A stretch of 64,000 bases of DNA from Eledone cirrhosa (GCA_964016885.1 OZ024740.1:68386001-68450000), one strand, 5' to 3'. Counted from the stretch's first letter, positions 1 through 14,278 are shown. Notes: generated by a model not told the origin, from the letters alone. A program made the numbers and translations.

Positions 1-1290
1 ATTCTATCCATCTCGCAAGGATGCACATCTCTGAAAAGACGAGAACCCCAGGCGCATTCATGATAGTAAATGTTGAGGAGGACTTTTTTTATTACGAAAT
101 TGCCGACTGGTCTTCCAGAACACTTTTTTCTGCATCGGAATTTAGAAAGGGAGACCGGATAAGCAATAGAAAGATAGTGAGCGTAAGAATCCCCTTGTTG
201 TTTATACGTTTTTATGTGAATAACATAGGGCGTGCATTATTTTATTTTGGCTTCGTATCTTATGGCTACTGTTTCACCGTTGTTGCGGATGGATAGAGTA
301 GACGCTTGGAAAGAAAGCTTAGTTGCCGATTCATAATTTAGGTGATAGGCGACTGTACGCAGGAAATAGTTGTCAGGCCGCTGTTCTTCATTGGACGGAA
401 TTGCATCGGAGGTATTTCGGATGCGATAATATTGCAATAACTTTGATTCAGCTTTTTCAATCGTATGTTTCAGATTAGAACCTGTCAGTTAGATACTATT
501 CCCTATTGTTTGGATTGTAATAGTTTTCTGATTCCAGTTATCACCGATTTATTTTTTTGCGTTTTCTCTTTGTTTTAATAAGTTTTTGGTTTGGAATAAT
601 ATTTATGGTTATATCACAGACTTTTCTGCTGGTTGCTAAGGTGATAAGTGATTTGTATTGCTTCCTGTGAATTATTATTCACTTTTAATGGGTATTTTAT
701 ATCTTCATTTATTTGTTAAGCCTGTGGCTTCACTCCGTTAGTTTGCTCCGGTTTGTCGGTTCGTTAAGTAAGGTAGTGTTTGGACTAGGCTAATGGGTGG
801 TAATAGGGTTTTCCTTTCGCTAAGCCGGAGCCTTTGTATTAGGTTAATCGGTGATTCCAGGGTTTAGATTTGGGCGCTTTAGGTTATAATTATAGAGCTT
901 ATGGTTTATTTCGGTGGATGTCTATGCCGGATAGGATTCTTTTTATATATATGGTCGGAGAATATTTTTGATGGTTGTGGTAATTATGTATGCATGCATG
1001 GGCAATGAAGCTATGAGGTCGTACTCAGTGTAGATTATAGTGACTATGTAATACAAGGCTGCAGGCTGATGATGTTCATCATTTCCATACCAGTAATTAT
1101 TGCAATGCGGTTGTCGTTTTTCGAAAAAGTCGTGACATAGTTTAGAAGGTTGTTTTACCTTTCCCTGTGTGGAATGGGTTTGGTGAGTTAGATCGTATGT
1201 GGGTTTATTGAATACATTTGTCCGGGGATAGCTTTGGTTTGTACGCTGTCGTTACATTCAGGTTTAGGTAGGGTCAATAATAGAGCTACA
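1..1290 (-). mobile_element. Possible heavily decayed LINE (RT N-terminal region)
   Basis: Minus strand gives broken RT-like motifs near 150-400 (PDNY..., K-I-M-N-R-Q-L, TIFL) with many stops. It ends at a microsatellite at about 1300. Clade not assignable. Confidence 0.3.
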
Positions 1291-1550
1291 CAGATACATT
1301 CACAAGCAAACAACCCGCACACATCCATCCATCCCCCATCCATTCATCCATCCATTCATACATTCATAGATACATACAAACATGTTTAGATGTATGAAAA
1401 TATATCAACAACAACCTTTATATGAAATAGTATATTGATCTAAATATGAAAGCTAGCGCGCAAAACTTCCTCCTAAACATAGGTCTTCCCACGTTACACG
1501 CACACACACACACATACACGCACTCGCACACACACGCACACACACACACG

Positions 1551-1655
<105 letters not shown>

Positions 1656-2485
1656 ATACATCTGTGTGTCTGTGTGAGTATAATACATACATAGTTTATA
1701 CATTGATGCAGATATATAGATTTCATTACACACACAAACACAAGCAGGCACACACATACACACACACACACACAAATACATACACACACAACTATATATA
1801 TACGTGTGTGTGTGTGTCTGTATGTGTGTGTGTGTGTGTGTACGTGTGTGTGTATTATATATATAATGTATATAAGTATATGCAATATGTTATTGTGACT
1901 TTACTGTTGCCGACAAGGCAAGCAACAGATTACAGAAAATGGAAGTTAGTGTGTTTAATGTTTTTCGCTTCATTTATCCGTTTGATGCCCTTTAATCAAC
2001 AGGATAATAACATGAAAGCCATCTTGCCAGACTATGATCCTCTATTCATGATTAACAATCTACTCACGCAGTTCGGAAACTTATCTATAGCCAAGTAACT
2101 TTCTGTTCCCTTTTAAGATTAGCATTGGATCATTGGATATTCAGTTTAGAGAGAAACTGAAAAGAGACAGGAAGAGAGCTTGGTGGACCAGGTTGGAAGC
2201 GTAGAATAAAGTATGCATATACATATGTGGGAGGGGGTGGGTGCTCAGAGAGAAAGAGAGAAAGAAAAAGTAAAGAAAGAAAGAGAGAGAAAAGGAAAGA
2301 GAGATGGGGGTGGTGGCAAGGAGATATTGAGAGAAAAGAGAAAAGAAATGACTAGAAGTACATTTTCGTGAAGATTCGAGAAAGTTTTACGAAATGCGTG
2401 TATTAAGGCGTTTGAGTATATGCGTGAGAGACAGGACACATATGTCAATGTATGTATGCACTTACGTGTGTGTGTGTGCGTGTGT

Positions 2486-2558
<73 letters not shown>

Positions 2559-2923
2559 TGAAAGGCAGAGGTTGAGATAGATAGCAAGAGAGAGAGAGAG
2601 AAAACGAGCAGCATAATGAAATAGTAATATGAAGATTGAAGGAGAGGTGGAAAAATTAGATACTGAATGTGTATGCAGTGTGTAAAGACAGAAATAGTGT
2701 ATATGTGAGAGAGAGCGAGATGGAGAGTGAGAAAGAGAGAAAGACAAAATGTAGAGATAATCATTTAGGATGAATAAGTGAAAGGACGGGATATAAAGAG
2801 ATAAAATTATGAACGAATGTGGGCACAAACTGTATACAAATACACGGATAATTGAGACATACGAACATACATACGTGTATATATATGTGTGTGTGTGTAT
2901 GTGTGCGTGTGTAAGTACATATG

Positions 2924-2986
<63 letters not shown>

Positions 2987-3143
2987 TTGTATATATATAT
3001 ACATATTTCTGTAGTGTGTAAGTGTGACTGAGTGTTCGAATGCATACGTATTATTGTTTATGTATGAAAGGCTCATTTGTAAATGACTCATTTCTGACAA
3101 ACAAACTTCTCGGTAAACGCGTTTGGTATAGATCTGTATAATC

Positions 3144-3190
<47 letters not shown>

Positions 3191-3326
3191 CACACATACA
3201 CATGGATGTGCACGCACACACAGAGGCACACAAATACAGATACACATATATACATACACACACGCACACACACATATATATATACATATACATATGTACG
3301 TATCGGTTATATTGCACATTAATAAA

Positions 3327-3498
3327 TGTTTCTACTTTGGCACAAAGCCAGAAATTTCCCAGTGCATTGCTGGTACTTTATTTTATTGACCCCGTAAGGA
3401 TGAAAGGCAAAGTTAACCTCGGCGGGATTTGAACTCAGACCGTAACTCTATGTTGCAAAGCATGGTGTCCGACTCTCTACCGATACTGCCAATCTACC
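3327..3498 (-). mobile_element. tRNA-derived SINE family 1, full length
   Basis: Minus strand has A-box-like TGGCAGTATCGG, B-box GAGTTCAAATCC, central TTGCCTTTCATCCTTACGGGGTC..TAAAATAAAGTACCAG and a 3' tail ending GTAGAAACA. At least 6 close copies occur in the window. Confidence 0.9.
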
Positions 3499-3810
3499 GC
3501 CCTATTCTATTCGTTTGTAAACAAACGGCCAGTTTAAAGATGTGTCGTTCCGAGTACAAATCTTCATCCATTTGTTCAACTCTGCCATTGAGGAACAATA
3601 ACATGTTTCTGGGTCATTACCTTCATCAGCACTGTATACATCTGCCAGTCTGTTGAACTTTGACAATATATAATATGTTCTTAAGTACACATCGACTGAG
3701 TAGCCTCATTTGCATACCGTGTGTGTTACGGCTGACCGTACCGAAAACTAGAAAGAAAATAATTTTTTTTTTCGCCCTGGCACAGCTGATACATAAATGC
3801 AATATGCACA

Positions 3811-3922
<112 letters not shown>

Positions 3923-4017
3923 ACACTCTGTATAGCTCAACACATCATCACAGAAGTGAACCTAAGCATCGAGTGCTCACCCGGGTGAACCTGCAGTAAC
4001 TCCTAGTTACACCCACT

Positions 4018-4067
<50 letters not shown>

Positions 4068-4131
4068 ATATATATATATATGCATACATATACATATTTC
4101 CATATGGAGTATATCGATCGTTAGTAATAAT

Positions 4132-4256
4132 TGTTTCTACTTTAGGCACAAGGCCAGCAAATACCCAGTGCATTACTGGTACTTTATTTTATCGACCCCG
4201 TAAGGATGAAAGGCAAAGTCAACCTCGGCGGGATTTGAACACAGATCATAAACGAA
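4132..4256 (-). mobile_element. SINE family 1, 5'-truncated, with TSD
   Basis: Same 3' part as the other copies. Flanked by CGTTAGTAATAAT (4119-4131) and CGTTAATAATAAT (4257-4269). Confidence 0.9.
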
Positions 4257-4434
4257 CGTTAATAATAATATTAGATTCTTTTGTATACAAATGAATGACG
4301 ATTTGTCATCGGCACAGCTTTAACTGGGCCGTTTGTTTACAAACGAATCGAATATTATGATTAATGTTCGATACAACCCATACGTACATATGTGTGTATA
4401 TGTATATATGTGTGTGTGTATATGTATATATGTA

Positions 4435-4528
<94 letters not shown>

Positions 4529-4561
4529 CGTGCGTACGTGTGTGTATTATATGTATTTATG

Positions 4562-4619
<58 letters not shown>

Positions 4620-4839
4620 TGTATGTATATATGTATATATATATATAATATTTTGCGTATGTGCTTTTCAAACAAATTCTCATATTTTTTATAGAATTGA
4701 TTTCTCCCTGCACTTTATACCTTATACAAATGGAACTAGAATTATCAGTTCTCTGAAGGGAAAGGATGCATTATTATAGTGAGCGTACAAGGTAACGTAT
4801 TAATAGAATTAGTGTATGAGTGAGAACATTAAGATGTCA

Positions 4840-6913
4840 CATTGTTTTCTCTTTAAATGACCTATAACATTTGAAAGAATTCTTGAAAATATGTCTGCTA
4901 GTGAATGACTTAATAGTGAAACATTCTTCAATTGAATTATAACAATTGTAAAAACAAAAAATAGCTAGTGACGATTTCAATTTCTATTCTTAACTGTTTT
5001 CACAACCGTAGGCCATTTTTTTTATGAATTATTTTGAACCACTGCTGTCTGGAATTATTTTCAATATTTGAAAAAATAAAAGAATATTAAGTATTTCCGT
5101 TTCTCGTTGTTGTATCAATTATCATAAACATGTCTAAATTTGAATAAAAAAATTAATAAATAAAAACATCATGTCAAATCAGGGAAATCCACAAAAATAG
5201 TAAACAGGATAAAACGAAATAAATTAAACAAATATGTTCAAACAAGACTGGTCATTCTGGAAAAATAAAGGAAAACAACAAAATAAATGATTATTAGTTC
5301 TGCATTTTCTGAGTGACAAAGACAAAGGATAAAAAGGAATAAAGTTACAGAAATATATTTTACTATATGTATGAAATATAACAATGATAATTCATTGACA
5401 CTGCTTAAATAAAAGTTGAAATAGTTTTCTATGGTTTCGTGATACTGTATAAGGTCATTGATGATTTCTTTTATATTTGTTGTTTCACTGGATAGAATAA
5501 ACATTTAATTATATTTCTTGGCACTGTGTTTTCTTTTTATCAGTTCTAATAATTCTTTTTTAAATCGCTTTTGAATTTGTATGAAAATGACACAAAGAAT
5601 CAAAATCAGCTCAAAGGCTTAATATTTATTATTTTTGTATAGCATACTTTAATCTTTAAACTGATTTTGAGACAAGTGAAGCCATTTAATAGAAATACGA
5701 TTTTATTTTAAACATCTTAACGCTTTGAGTTCATTGAAAATTCTAATACATTTATTACAATGGTCGGAGCACTTATATATAATCTAAAATGCAAATTAAT
5801 TATATTAAATCATTATATCAAATACATTGAAACAAACAAAAGAGTCTAATCGAGTCGCTTATCGCGCTAGAATTAACAGCTAATTCCCTCTCGATTTAAA
5901 CTAGGTATTTAAACTTAGGTGCATATACTGGATAAATTTGTCTTGCCTATAATATTGCCAGAAAACAAAAACGTGTGTGTTTGTTAAATATTGACAATTC
6001 GACACAAAAATATGCGATCTACCACCAAAAGCGTACAAAATACTAACGCGATAATTTTCATGAAATAATCATAGGTGTAAATTTGTTTTTGAAAACTTTT
6101 ATACAAATAAAATACAAAAAACAAAAAATAAAACAAAAGTAAACATTTGAAAAGAAAGATAATGAAACACAAAGATAGAAAAATTTCAAATAAGTTTACC
6201 CCATCACAAAAATACCAATACCAATATAAACAACTGCGATTATTAACTCCATGCACATTAAAACGCACTGTGATTTATGTTTCCGATTGATGTCCAATAT
6301 GCAGACATGAAGTTGTTGGATTAGCAGTTATTAGAACGTCGGAGGGAATGCTTTGCAGTATTATGTTTAGCTCTCTGGGGTCTGAAATCAATTCCCTGCC
6401 GAAGTCAACTTTGCCTCTCATTCTATGTGGTTAAATACAGCACCAGTCCCCTATTGAGGTCGACTCTCCCCTCTCACCAGCTTCTTTCCCCCAAAGAGAA
6501 ATCGACTGTGTTCATTCCTGCCTGGAGAGGTTTGAACTCCGCAATGTTTGTGCTCAAGAGCCACTATATGTTATGGCGCGGCCCCTAAGATTTCATGGGA
6601 AATTAAAAGCCCATAGATGCATGGATGGAGACAGACCTAATTTATTCTTAATTTTAGACAATTTATTCATCACATTTTGTTATATACCATATGAATATTT
6701 CGTAACTGTTGTTTAAAACTAAACCTTATAACTACTTCTTTTATATTCAGTCTGAAGATTCGCATGCAATTCATACACTTTCCAACATAACAAAGTTGCA
6801 ATCATGTAATTCAAATAATAAATCATGATGGATCCTCTGTCTGTTATTTCGATGAGCATTCTGTTTTCATGGTTATACATTCGCCAGAGAGGTATAACAT
6901 TAACTCTAGTCAT
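4840..6913 (-). pseudogene. Possible decayed TRPC-like cation channel gene
   Basis: Colinear fragments resemble TRPC segments: IATLLCWKVYELHANLQTEYK (cf. [20 protein letters not shown]); WY..DG...LCFIIFLF (pre-S1); AELIIIYFVVFLYFSRMTSLV (cf. S4 [20 protein letters not shown]); LWISLI..DVF (cf. LQISLGRMLLDI); YNSI...IFKNSF (S6). Many stops and frameshifts; matched by eye only. Confidence 0.35.
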
Positions 6914-7885
6914 ATATACGTGACACAGTATGTGACAAAGTTTCCCTTTACGTTAGAGTTACAATTTACCCACATGGGTTGCACAGAGTTACCTAATACA
7001 TAACTCACTCACTAGGCAGTAGGCCGACACGAGAATATAGTAAAAACACTTGACTTAAATTCTGTGCATTCAGATGAAATCTATGATCTCATGATTGCGA
7101 AACAAACATCTTAACCATTTATTCAGCAATGTTAGGTTTCTTAAATGGAAAAGACATGCCTCGTCTCTGCTATAAGATATGAACTGGAGTCTCACAAGTT
7201 GAAAAACAATTTCCCATTATCTTTTCGGCTATTGGAAATTTTCAATTACTCAGCAAAGGCATAATGGTGACTTTCGCGTCCGGTCTATATTCTATAAAAT
7301 GTATTCAGCGAAAGAATTGCATTAAGTGAAGATTGTCAAAATAAGCATTACTATTTTACGAGTGATTTTGGACATAATTGAATACAGCTACGATTATGCT
7401 TCGACCTATTTTATGGAAAAATGAGCGCGTTGGGAGACATCCGGTCAGAATCGACCATATTTCGATCACAAATATTTAGAGACCTTTCTACATTTAAGTA
7501 TTATATTCCAGCTTCTGGCTAAAAATCTTTTTTACTTATTTTTAAAGATGACATGAATGCATGAAAATAATGCAACAAAGATTCTCTAAAAACCACATAC
7601 TGCGTTACATCAATTATCTGACTCGATCAGAGCACTATCTGAACTAAATATACGAAGAGAAAATGCAGTCATAAAGTGCTTCTCTAATTTAGTTGCTCTG
7701 CTATTGTTATTCATTTCTTACAAGATATTATATATGAAGAAGTAATTCTGTAATGGAAAAGCATGTTCAAACTTGAAGCATTTATATTATATATGAATAT
7801 GAAACGTTGAAATAAGAATGGTTTCAGTATCTTAATCAAATAAAGAATCATATTCTTGTTAGGTGCGATAGCGATGACATCCTCG

Positions 7886-7943
7886 AGAAGAAGAAGAAGA
7901 AGAAGAAGAAGAAGAAGAAGAAGAAGAAGAAGAAGAAGAAGAA
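7886..7943. repeat. (GAA)n microsatellite
   Basis: About 19 perfect GAA units; explains the poly-L ORF at 7711-8034. Confidence 0.95.
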
Positions 7944-8499
7944 ATGCCCTTATTAGCAACAAATAAAAACAATTAATAATGCAGAACGAAATAGCAACAG
8001 AGAAATAAAAGCTCCAAATACGTAAAACTAACATCAGTCTAGTACCTATTTAATTGATGTTTTGTTATCCAACCGCTCCCCTACGGGACAGAAATGGACA
8101 CTATCATAAATTACAACTGTTTTTAGACCACAAAAATATACATACAGTAAGGCACCGACTCAGAAGAACCGCTTTTATACATACATGTACACACACGCAC
8201 ATTTATACACACAGACATACATATACACATACGCACACAAAACAAACAGCACAGATGTACATACATATACATACATACACACCCATACACATACTCACAA
8301 ATGCACAGGTACATTAGTATATATTCATTGTTGGTTTATAGGAAGAGCCTATACCTTTAGATATATGACTTTGTCTGAGACTGATATTATAGATGGGTTT
8401 GATTTTCTTGATTCGTTGAAAGATGATAGTTGCAGAAAACATTTCTGAATAATGAATGAGTGAAGACGTTTTGTTATAGGTTATGCTTTTATTTTGTGT

Positions 8500-9870
8500 T
8501 TAAGATCTGCTGGTAAATGTGCTATTAGGTAATAGCGAAATAACTGTGTGTGATTTAAGGGGAAAGATTCAACAAGCTCTAAGTTTTAAAAAAGCGTTGA
8601 TGTAGTCATGGATAAAACAATCTGAAAATTTAGTACACGTGTGGTCAGATGAAGTAATTGCTTGTCGATTCTCTTCACGGCTATGAGTTGATCGTGAAGT
8701 GTTTGATGTAGTAAAGGAGGGGTTTACAACATTCAATATTTTGGTTTTGCAAATGCTTATTTTTATTGTTAGGTCTTTCAAAATATCATGCACTTCTAGA
8801 TTGTATTACTCAATCTTTTTAAATGTCATTGCCAAGTTATTTCTTTATATAATATACAATTCTTGATCACAGAAAACAAGTTTCCACCAGGAAATTAAAA
8901 CGACCGGTCTAAGTGTACGACAAAGGCATGTTGGAATATTGTCGAGACCAAGTAAGCTGACTGTTGAGCGAGAGTACGACACCCACCTGACGAGAATAGG
9001 CTGAACCACTACATATAAATAGTAGCGACCTGAGTAACTGAGGAAGTTGGTACTAGTTTCACAGATCGTGTGTTGATAGTCAAATCTGGAATTCATGTTC
9101 ACATTTCGAGTTAGCATGTTGGACTGTTTTTCCGTTACGTGTGTCAATTGCCGTTTGTTTCGATTATATTGTTATTACATTGTTGCAGTGCATTCGTTTA
9201 TCCATAAGGACATAACACTGATGAATAGCCCCGAACGCTGCATAGCTGACCAAATATGCACACAGTGGCAGGTATTTGAGGAATCTTGGGAGTATTGCCA
9301 AAAGGTGTATTCTTGTATCGTAAATTTCAAGAAGGTATATCATCGCGCTGTACGTGACTGGGTCTTGCAGAATTATCGGATCATTGAACAACGTTTTGTT
9401 GCCCTGAAGTTTCTATACTAGTATTTGTGTTTGGATAAAAGGTCCTACGTCGACACCATTTAATGTGGGTGCCGTATTCCACCAAAGAAGCGTACTATTT
9501 CCTCTCTTTTGTAATTTCCATGGATAGGTTTCATATGCGCAACTGCATTGAAAGTGATATTAAGCTTGACAGGCGTAGAATCGGTCGGCTAGAATCTGCG
9601 GACTATATGGTGATCGACAACTTGAATGGTTTACTATCCAGTGCTGCACAGCTGGAATGAAAACCAGTGATGTGATGAGTGATACATTTGTCCTCTTAAG
9701 GGAGCCTGCGCAGTGCAATCTACATGTGAGTGGAGTTCCTCATAAGCAGGAGGTGACTTTGTACACAAGTGCTGGAAGGCAGAAAACTGCCTTAAGTACA
9801 CGAATTGTAGGAGCTGGTGCAGTAATTCGTCAGCAGAAAGTGTTGCTAAATAGAGAACCCAATGGGATAT
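8500..9870 (-). mobile_element. Possible old RTE-like LINE fragment
   Basis: Higher-complexity block with weak motifs (SYAAFG, ISWWKLV) and no continuous frame. Confidence 0.3.
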
Positions 9871-10628
9871 GAGGTTGAGAACTCTGCCCTAACTACTAGC
9901 CCTGGATTAAGAAGAAAAAGAAGGATGAGCAGTAGGAGGAGTAGGAGGAGGGGGTGAGACTGAGGTGAAGAGAAGGAGACGGAAGTAGAAGAAGAAGAAG
10001 AAGAAGAAGAGAAGAATATCGAAATTAATTATGCATAGTCCCTTGACGATATTGTGATCCAAGCTAAGGAAATCCGTATCATAACAATGATTGAAAATGA
10101 ATTTTATAAATTAATATAACAGATTTGCGCTTACGGCTACTGAATATAAATTAGAATAGTTTAAATGTTAAGTCTGATTAAATAAAATGTGTCATATTTG
10201 TAATATCATTTTCCCAGTAAAAAATGACCGCAATATAATGGAATGTTTATTCAATATGCATTTTCATTTTGCATATATACAGTTTAGCATTGTTACACCG
10301 AATCTGAACGTGCCATGTGTTGCCTAGAAACTTTGCCCCCATATATTCCATCCGGTGGAGAACATTACCTCAGATAAGGCCTCACTTATGAATATGAAAC
10401 TTATCACGGGGCTCGCAAGGCTAAACACCGATTTAGCAGGCATCATGACTTTAACCCACTTGTTATATATATTCATGTAAGCAATTTTTGCTATCATAAT
10501 TATTTTTTAGGAAAATAGATATTCGTTTCATGCATTATTATTAGGTGTATTAGTTACTTGTTTCCATTTCGCAGTTGCAAAGTTGCTCTTCGTGTTCATT
10601 TGTTTCTGTGGATTTTTATTAGATTAAT

Positions 10629-10814
10629 TGTTTCTACTTTTGGCGCAAGGCCAGCAATTACCCAGTGCATTACTGGTACTTTATTTTATCGACCCCGTAA
10701 GGATGAAAGGCAAAGTTAACTTCGGCGGGATTTGAACTCAGACCATAAAGGACTGTAACTCTATGCAGCAAAACATGGTGTGCGACTCTCTTCGATACTG
10801 CCAGTCCACCACCC
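10629..10814 (-). mobile_element. SINE family 1, full length, 16-bp TSD
   Basis: A and B boxes present. TTTTTATTAGATTAAT is duplicated at 10613-10628 and 10816-10831. Confidence 0.92.
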
Positions 10815-10929
10815 TTTTTTATTAGATTAATAAGGTCCTACTAGACGAGCACAAACATTTTAGTCACATTATATTTTCTTAAATCATTTATCTAATGTTC
10901 CAGCTACAAGTCACTATAAAGATTGTGTT

Positions 10930-12000
10930 TCCTACGAATTTCGATGGTGTGGTATAAGTCGTATCATATATACATGTCATATATCTCATTGGCTGACCAT
11001 TTTATCTCCAACACTGCATCAACCTTGCGCTTAATTTTTGAAAATATATAATTGCTATTATTAATACAATTAGATCGTGAAGTAGGAAAATAATAAACTG
11101 CCATAACGAAATACATCGCGTTTTGTTTTGTTATGCTGAAATGCATGTTCCCTTTAACCAACCTGGTGATAGTGTATGGAGAAAACTGGAAAGAAACTAA
11201 ATATTTAATTTTCATAATAATAATTAATCTGCCAATCCTTTAAGAATTAATGTTTTCTATGTATTTTTTTTATTATTTTATTATTTTTACTACTTTCAGT
11301 CACTTAACTATGTTCATTCTTGATCACTGAGATTAAGTGTTCTGACTGATTACATAGATGTCAATAATATGCAGGCATTTGGAGAATTGGGAAATATAGA
11401 AGTTAGCGTGGAGTGCACATACGATATGACGTACCTTACTTCGAAAAGGTGGCTACAGATTCAATAAATAAGGTGATTGCTATTATGTTCATACAGGGAG
11501 ATATTAAGTATAACAAAATTGAAACAACATTTTGAAGTACATGACCTCACAGAATTCTGGTTCTGATGATTCCTATGTTTAATTAAGTAATGTAAATCTC
11601 AAATATGAATGCCATTACATATGGATGAGTTTATCAAAAGAGCCATTTAAGAAACGTTATGCTATTTTGATGCAAGACTGCCAATACTTAAAACAAATTT
11701 CCTTTATTTGGAAAACTCGAAATTCACTCAGTCCAGTAGGTCAATTAGTAAATGGAAAATATGCAAGGCATATTTCGTATCTTTCCAATAAGTGGTTTTC
11801 TCATGGACCAACCAAATAATGTATGACACATATATCGTGAATGCCATTCTTTCTGATAGGGAAACACATTGTATTAGGGTAAAAGGAGAACTTCCTAGAA
11901 TTGCAACTAAATAAGATCGCAACTTTCTACTTGACACGCAATATGAGCCGAAAAAAAAGGGGGAACTTGAATTAGAATGAAGCATGTTATATTCACCCAC
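10930..12000 (-). pseudogene. Possible second decayed TRP-like fragment (S1-S5)
   Basis: RSYL...ERMAFTIYVSYIIW..E...W......LHIFHLLID resembles TRPC S1-S3. After TTTCTTTCCAG near 11187 a stop-interrupted frame gives QFIIFLLHDLIVLIIAIIYFQKL (S5-like). Confidence 0.25.
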
Positions 12001-12439
12001 TTTACTTTCTCTATCTTCTGCAGCTTCCTTTTAATCTCGGCTTCCTATCCCCATACCCACCTCTCTCTACATTCAGTATCCCTCTATTTTACTCTACACA
12101 GCTCTTTCTACCCTCTATTTCCTCTGCATTCTCTACTCTACTTTCACCCCATACCCCCCCCCTTCTTTATTTTATTCGGTGTCTTCATTACTGTTCTCTT
12201 ATTAAAGGAATTAATCCGCTTAAGGACCTTCGTCACCCAACTCATCGTTGGGATGAAAATAGGAAAAAGGAAAGAAAGAAGGAAAAAAAGGGCACGGTTA
12301 GGTCGAATGGCGAGTGAAAAAGAATGACGAGATAACCGGAAGCATTGCAGTCTAGTGAAGAATAAGTCTAATTGGAAAAGGGGAATACCAAAGTAGCCAT
12401 TCAACCTCTAGTCGCACACCACACACACACATACACGAG

Positions 12440-12475
<36 letters not shown>

Positions 12476-12477
12476 TA

Positions 12478-12519
<42 letters not shown>

Positions 12520-12521
12520 TA

Positions 12522-12555
<34 letters not shown>

Positions 12556-12571
12556 CTCGTGTATGTGTGTG

Positions 12572-12607
<36 letters not shown>

Positions 12608-12609
12608 TA

Positions 12610-12650
<41 letters not shown>

Positions 12651-12942
12651 GTGTGTGTATATATATATATATATGTATGCATATATGTATGTTCATGAAT
12701 ATGCATGCACTAAAAATCTCGGATACACATACTTGTATATTTACATACATTTACACATGGTTATTAATCATAGGTTCTTTATTTGTACACGCAATTTCGT
12801 TAATCAGGTCCTCTGCATGTGTATGTATTATATACACCTTTGGAAGGATCTCGAATCTGTAATGTTATTGATTTCTAAATTAGGCACAAGTCAAAACATT
12901 TGTGGCGGAGGGGCAATGGAATTGTATCAACCCCAGTATATG

Positions 12943-13190
12943 TGTGTGTGTGTCAGCTCACACCCATGCAGTTTTAGCTGGCCTCCCCCGAGGTATATCT
13001 CCTTGGAGGTGTCTTGGGTGATTTAATGATAGGGATCCCAGTCCTATCATCTCATTTCTACAGCTGATAAACAGGAGCAACGTGAAATAAAGTGACTCAA
13101 GGAAACAACACATCACACGCTTGGAGATTTGGTACTCACAACCTTTTGATTGCAAGCCCACTGCTCTAACCACTAAGCCATGCGCCTTCA
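12943..13190 (-). mobile_element. tRNA-derived CORE-like SINE family 2 nested in an older family-1-like SINE
   Basis: Head GGCGCATGGCTTAGTGGTTAGAGCA and CORE-like TTCCTTGAGTCACTTT. TSD CCAGTATATG at 12933-12942 and 13191-13200. The host SINE halves lie at about 12870-12942 and 13191-13335. Confidence 0.8.
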
Positions 13191-13609
13191 CCAGTATATG
13201 ACTGGTACTTTCTCTTATCGATTCAGGAAAATTGAATGCAATGTTGACTTCGGTGGGATTTGAAGTCAGATGTGAAAGTGGCGAAACAAATAATGCAATG
13301 GCATTTTACCCGACGCTTTACAATTTTGTCAATCCATCTCCCTTCATAATGGTTTCTGATTTAGGCACACGGCTATCTATATTTGGGGAGGGGAAATCAA
13401 TTAAATCGACCCCAGTGCGTTACTGGTACATTACTTTTTCATCCGGTAAGGATGAAAGGCAAAGGTTACCTGAACTTACTACTCCCTTTATAATCAGTCT
13501 TATTATACTTATCCTAATTATTTTTGTCATATCATACAGTGAGTGTGTTCTGTTATTAATTCTGGCAATATTATTACAACAATATGACCCTCCCCAAATA
13601 TATATATAT

Positions 13610-13829
13610 ATTAGAAAATATATAGCTTTCACCGTATTTTTGACTAAAGGAATTTTTTTAGCTTGATAACGGGGTTTAGAACCCTCAGATAAATGGAAAA
13701 AGATGAGTATTGACGTACATGTACGTCAATACTCATCTTTTTCTATTTATCTGAGGGTTCTAAACCCCGTTATCAAGCTAAAAAAATTCCTTTAGTCAAA
13801 AATACGGTGAAAGCTATATATTTTCTAAT
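13610..13829. repeat. Spacerless palindrome, 110-bp arms
   Basis: Centre TGACGTACA|TGTACGTCA at 13719/13720; one mismatch seen; flanked by (TA)n. Confidence 0.95.
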
Positions 13830-13875
13830 TTCAAACTCGCTCACTGTTTCAAAACATACATATTGCCATATATAT

Positions 13876-13912
<37 letters not shown>

Positions 13913-13989
13913 GTATGCTTAATTAAAAGCATTTTGAAGACCATATGCTATTGCTTTAAAGTAGTGATTATGTCACAAACAAAGGAAGA

Positions 13990-14037
13990 TAAGCTGACAC
14001 ATCTCCGTTTCGTACTGTTGGGACTCCTCAGAGCTTA
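13990..14037 (-). ncRNA. Type I hammerhead ribozyme motif (core intact, stems II/III decayed)
   Basis: TAAGCT-CTGAGGA-GTCC.CAACA.GTAC-GAAA-CGGAGATGTG-TC-AGCTTA. Confidence 0.75.
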
Positions 14038-14230
14038 CCACTCCCTTTGCCTGATGAAAATTATGAATGTTGGATTTTTTTAGAATTCCAGTAATAATAT
14101 ATATATATCGCTATTTCAGAGCAGCAATTCTAATTTTAAATTTTTGCTGTGTAATCAGTTCCTGATTATTACTATGAATGTTAGTTATAACTAACCAACA
14201 TTCATAATTTTCAGCAGGCAAAGGGAGTGC

Positions 14231-14278
14231 TAAGCTCTGAGAAGTACCAACAGTACGAAACAGAGATCTGTCAGCTTA
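14231..14278 (+). ncRNA. Type I hammerhead ribozyme motif (G8A core change)
   Basis: TAAGCT-CTGAGAA-GTAC.CAACA.GTAC-GAAA-CAGAGATCTG-TC-AGCTTA; stems I-III all pair; GUC cleavage site. Confidence 0.75.

Noticed and set aside
5055-5240. Four in-frame TGA codons suggesting an alternative genetic code or NUMT
   Set aside because: No mitochondrial gene motifs; better explained by decay or chance in AT-rich DNA.
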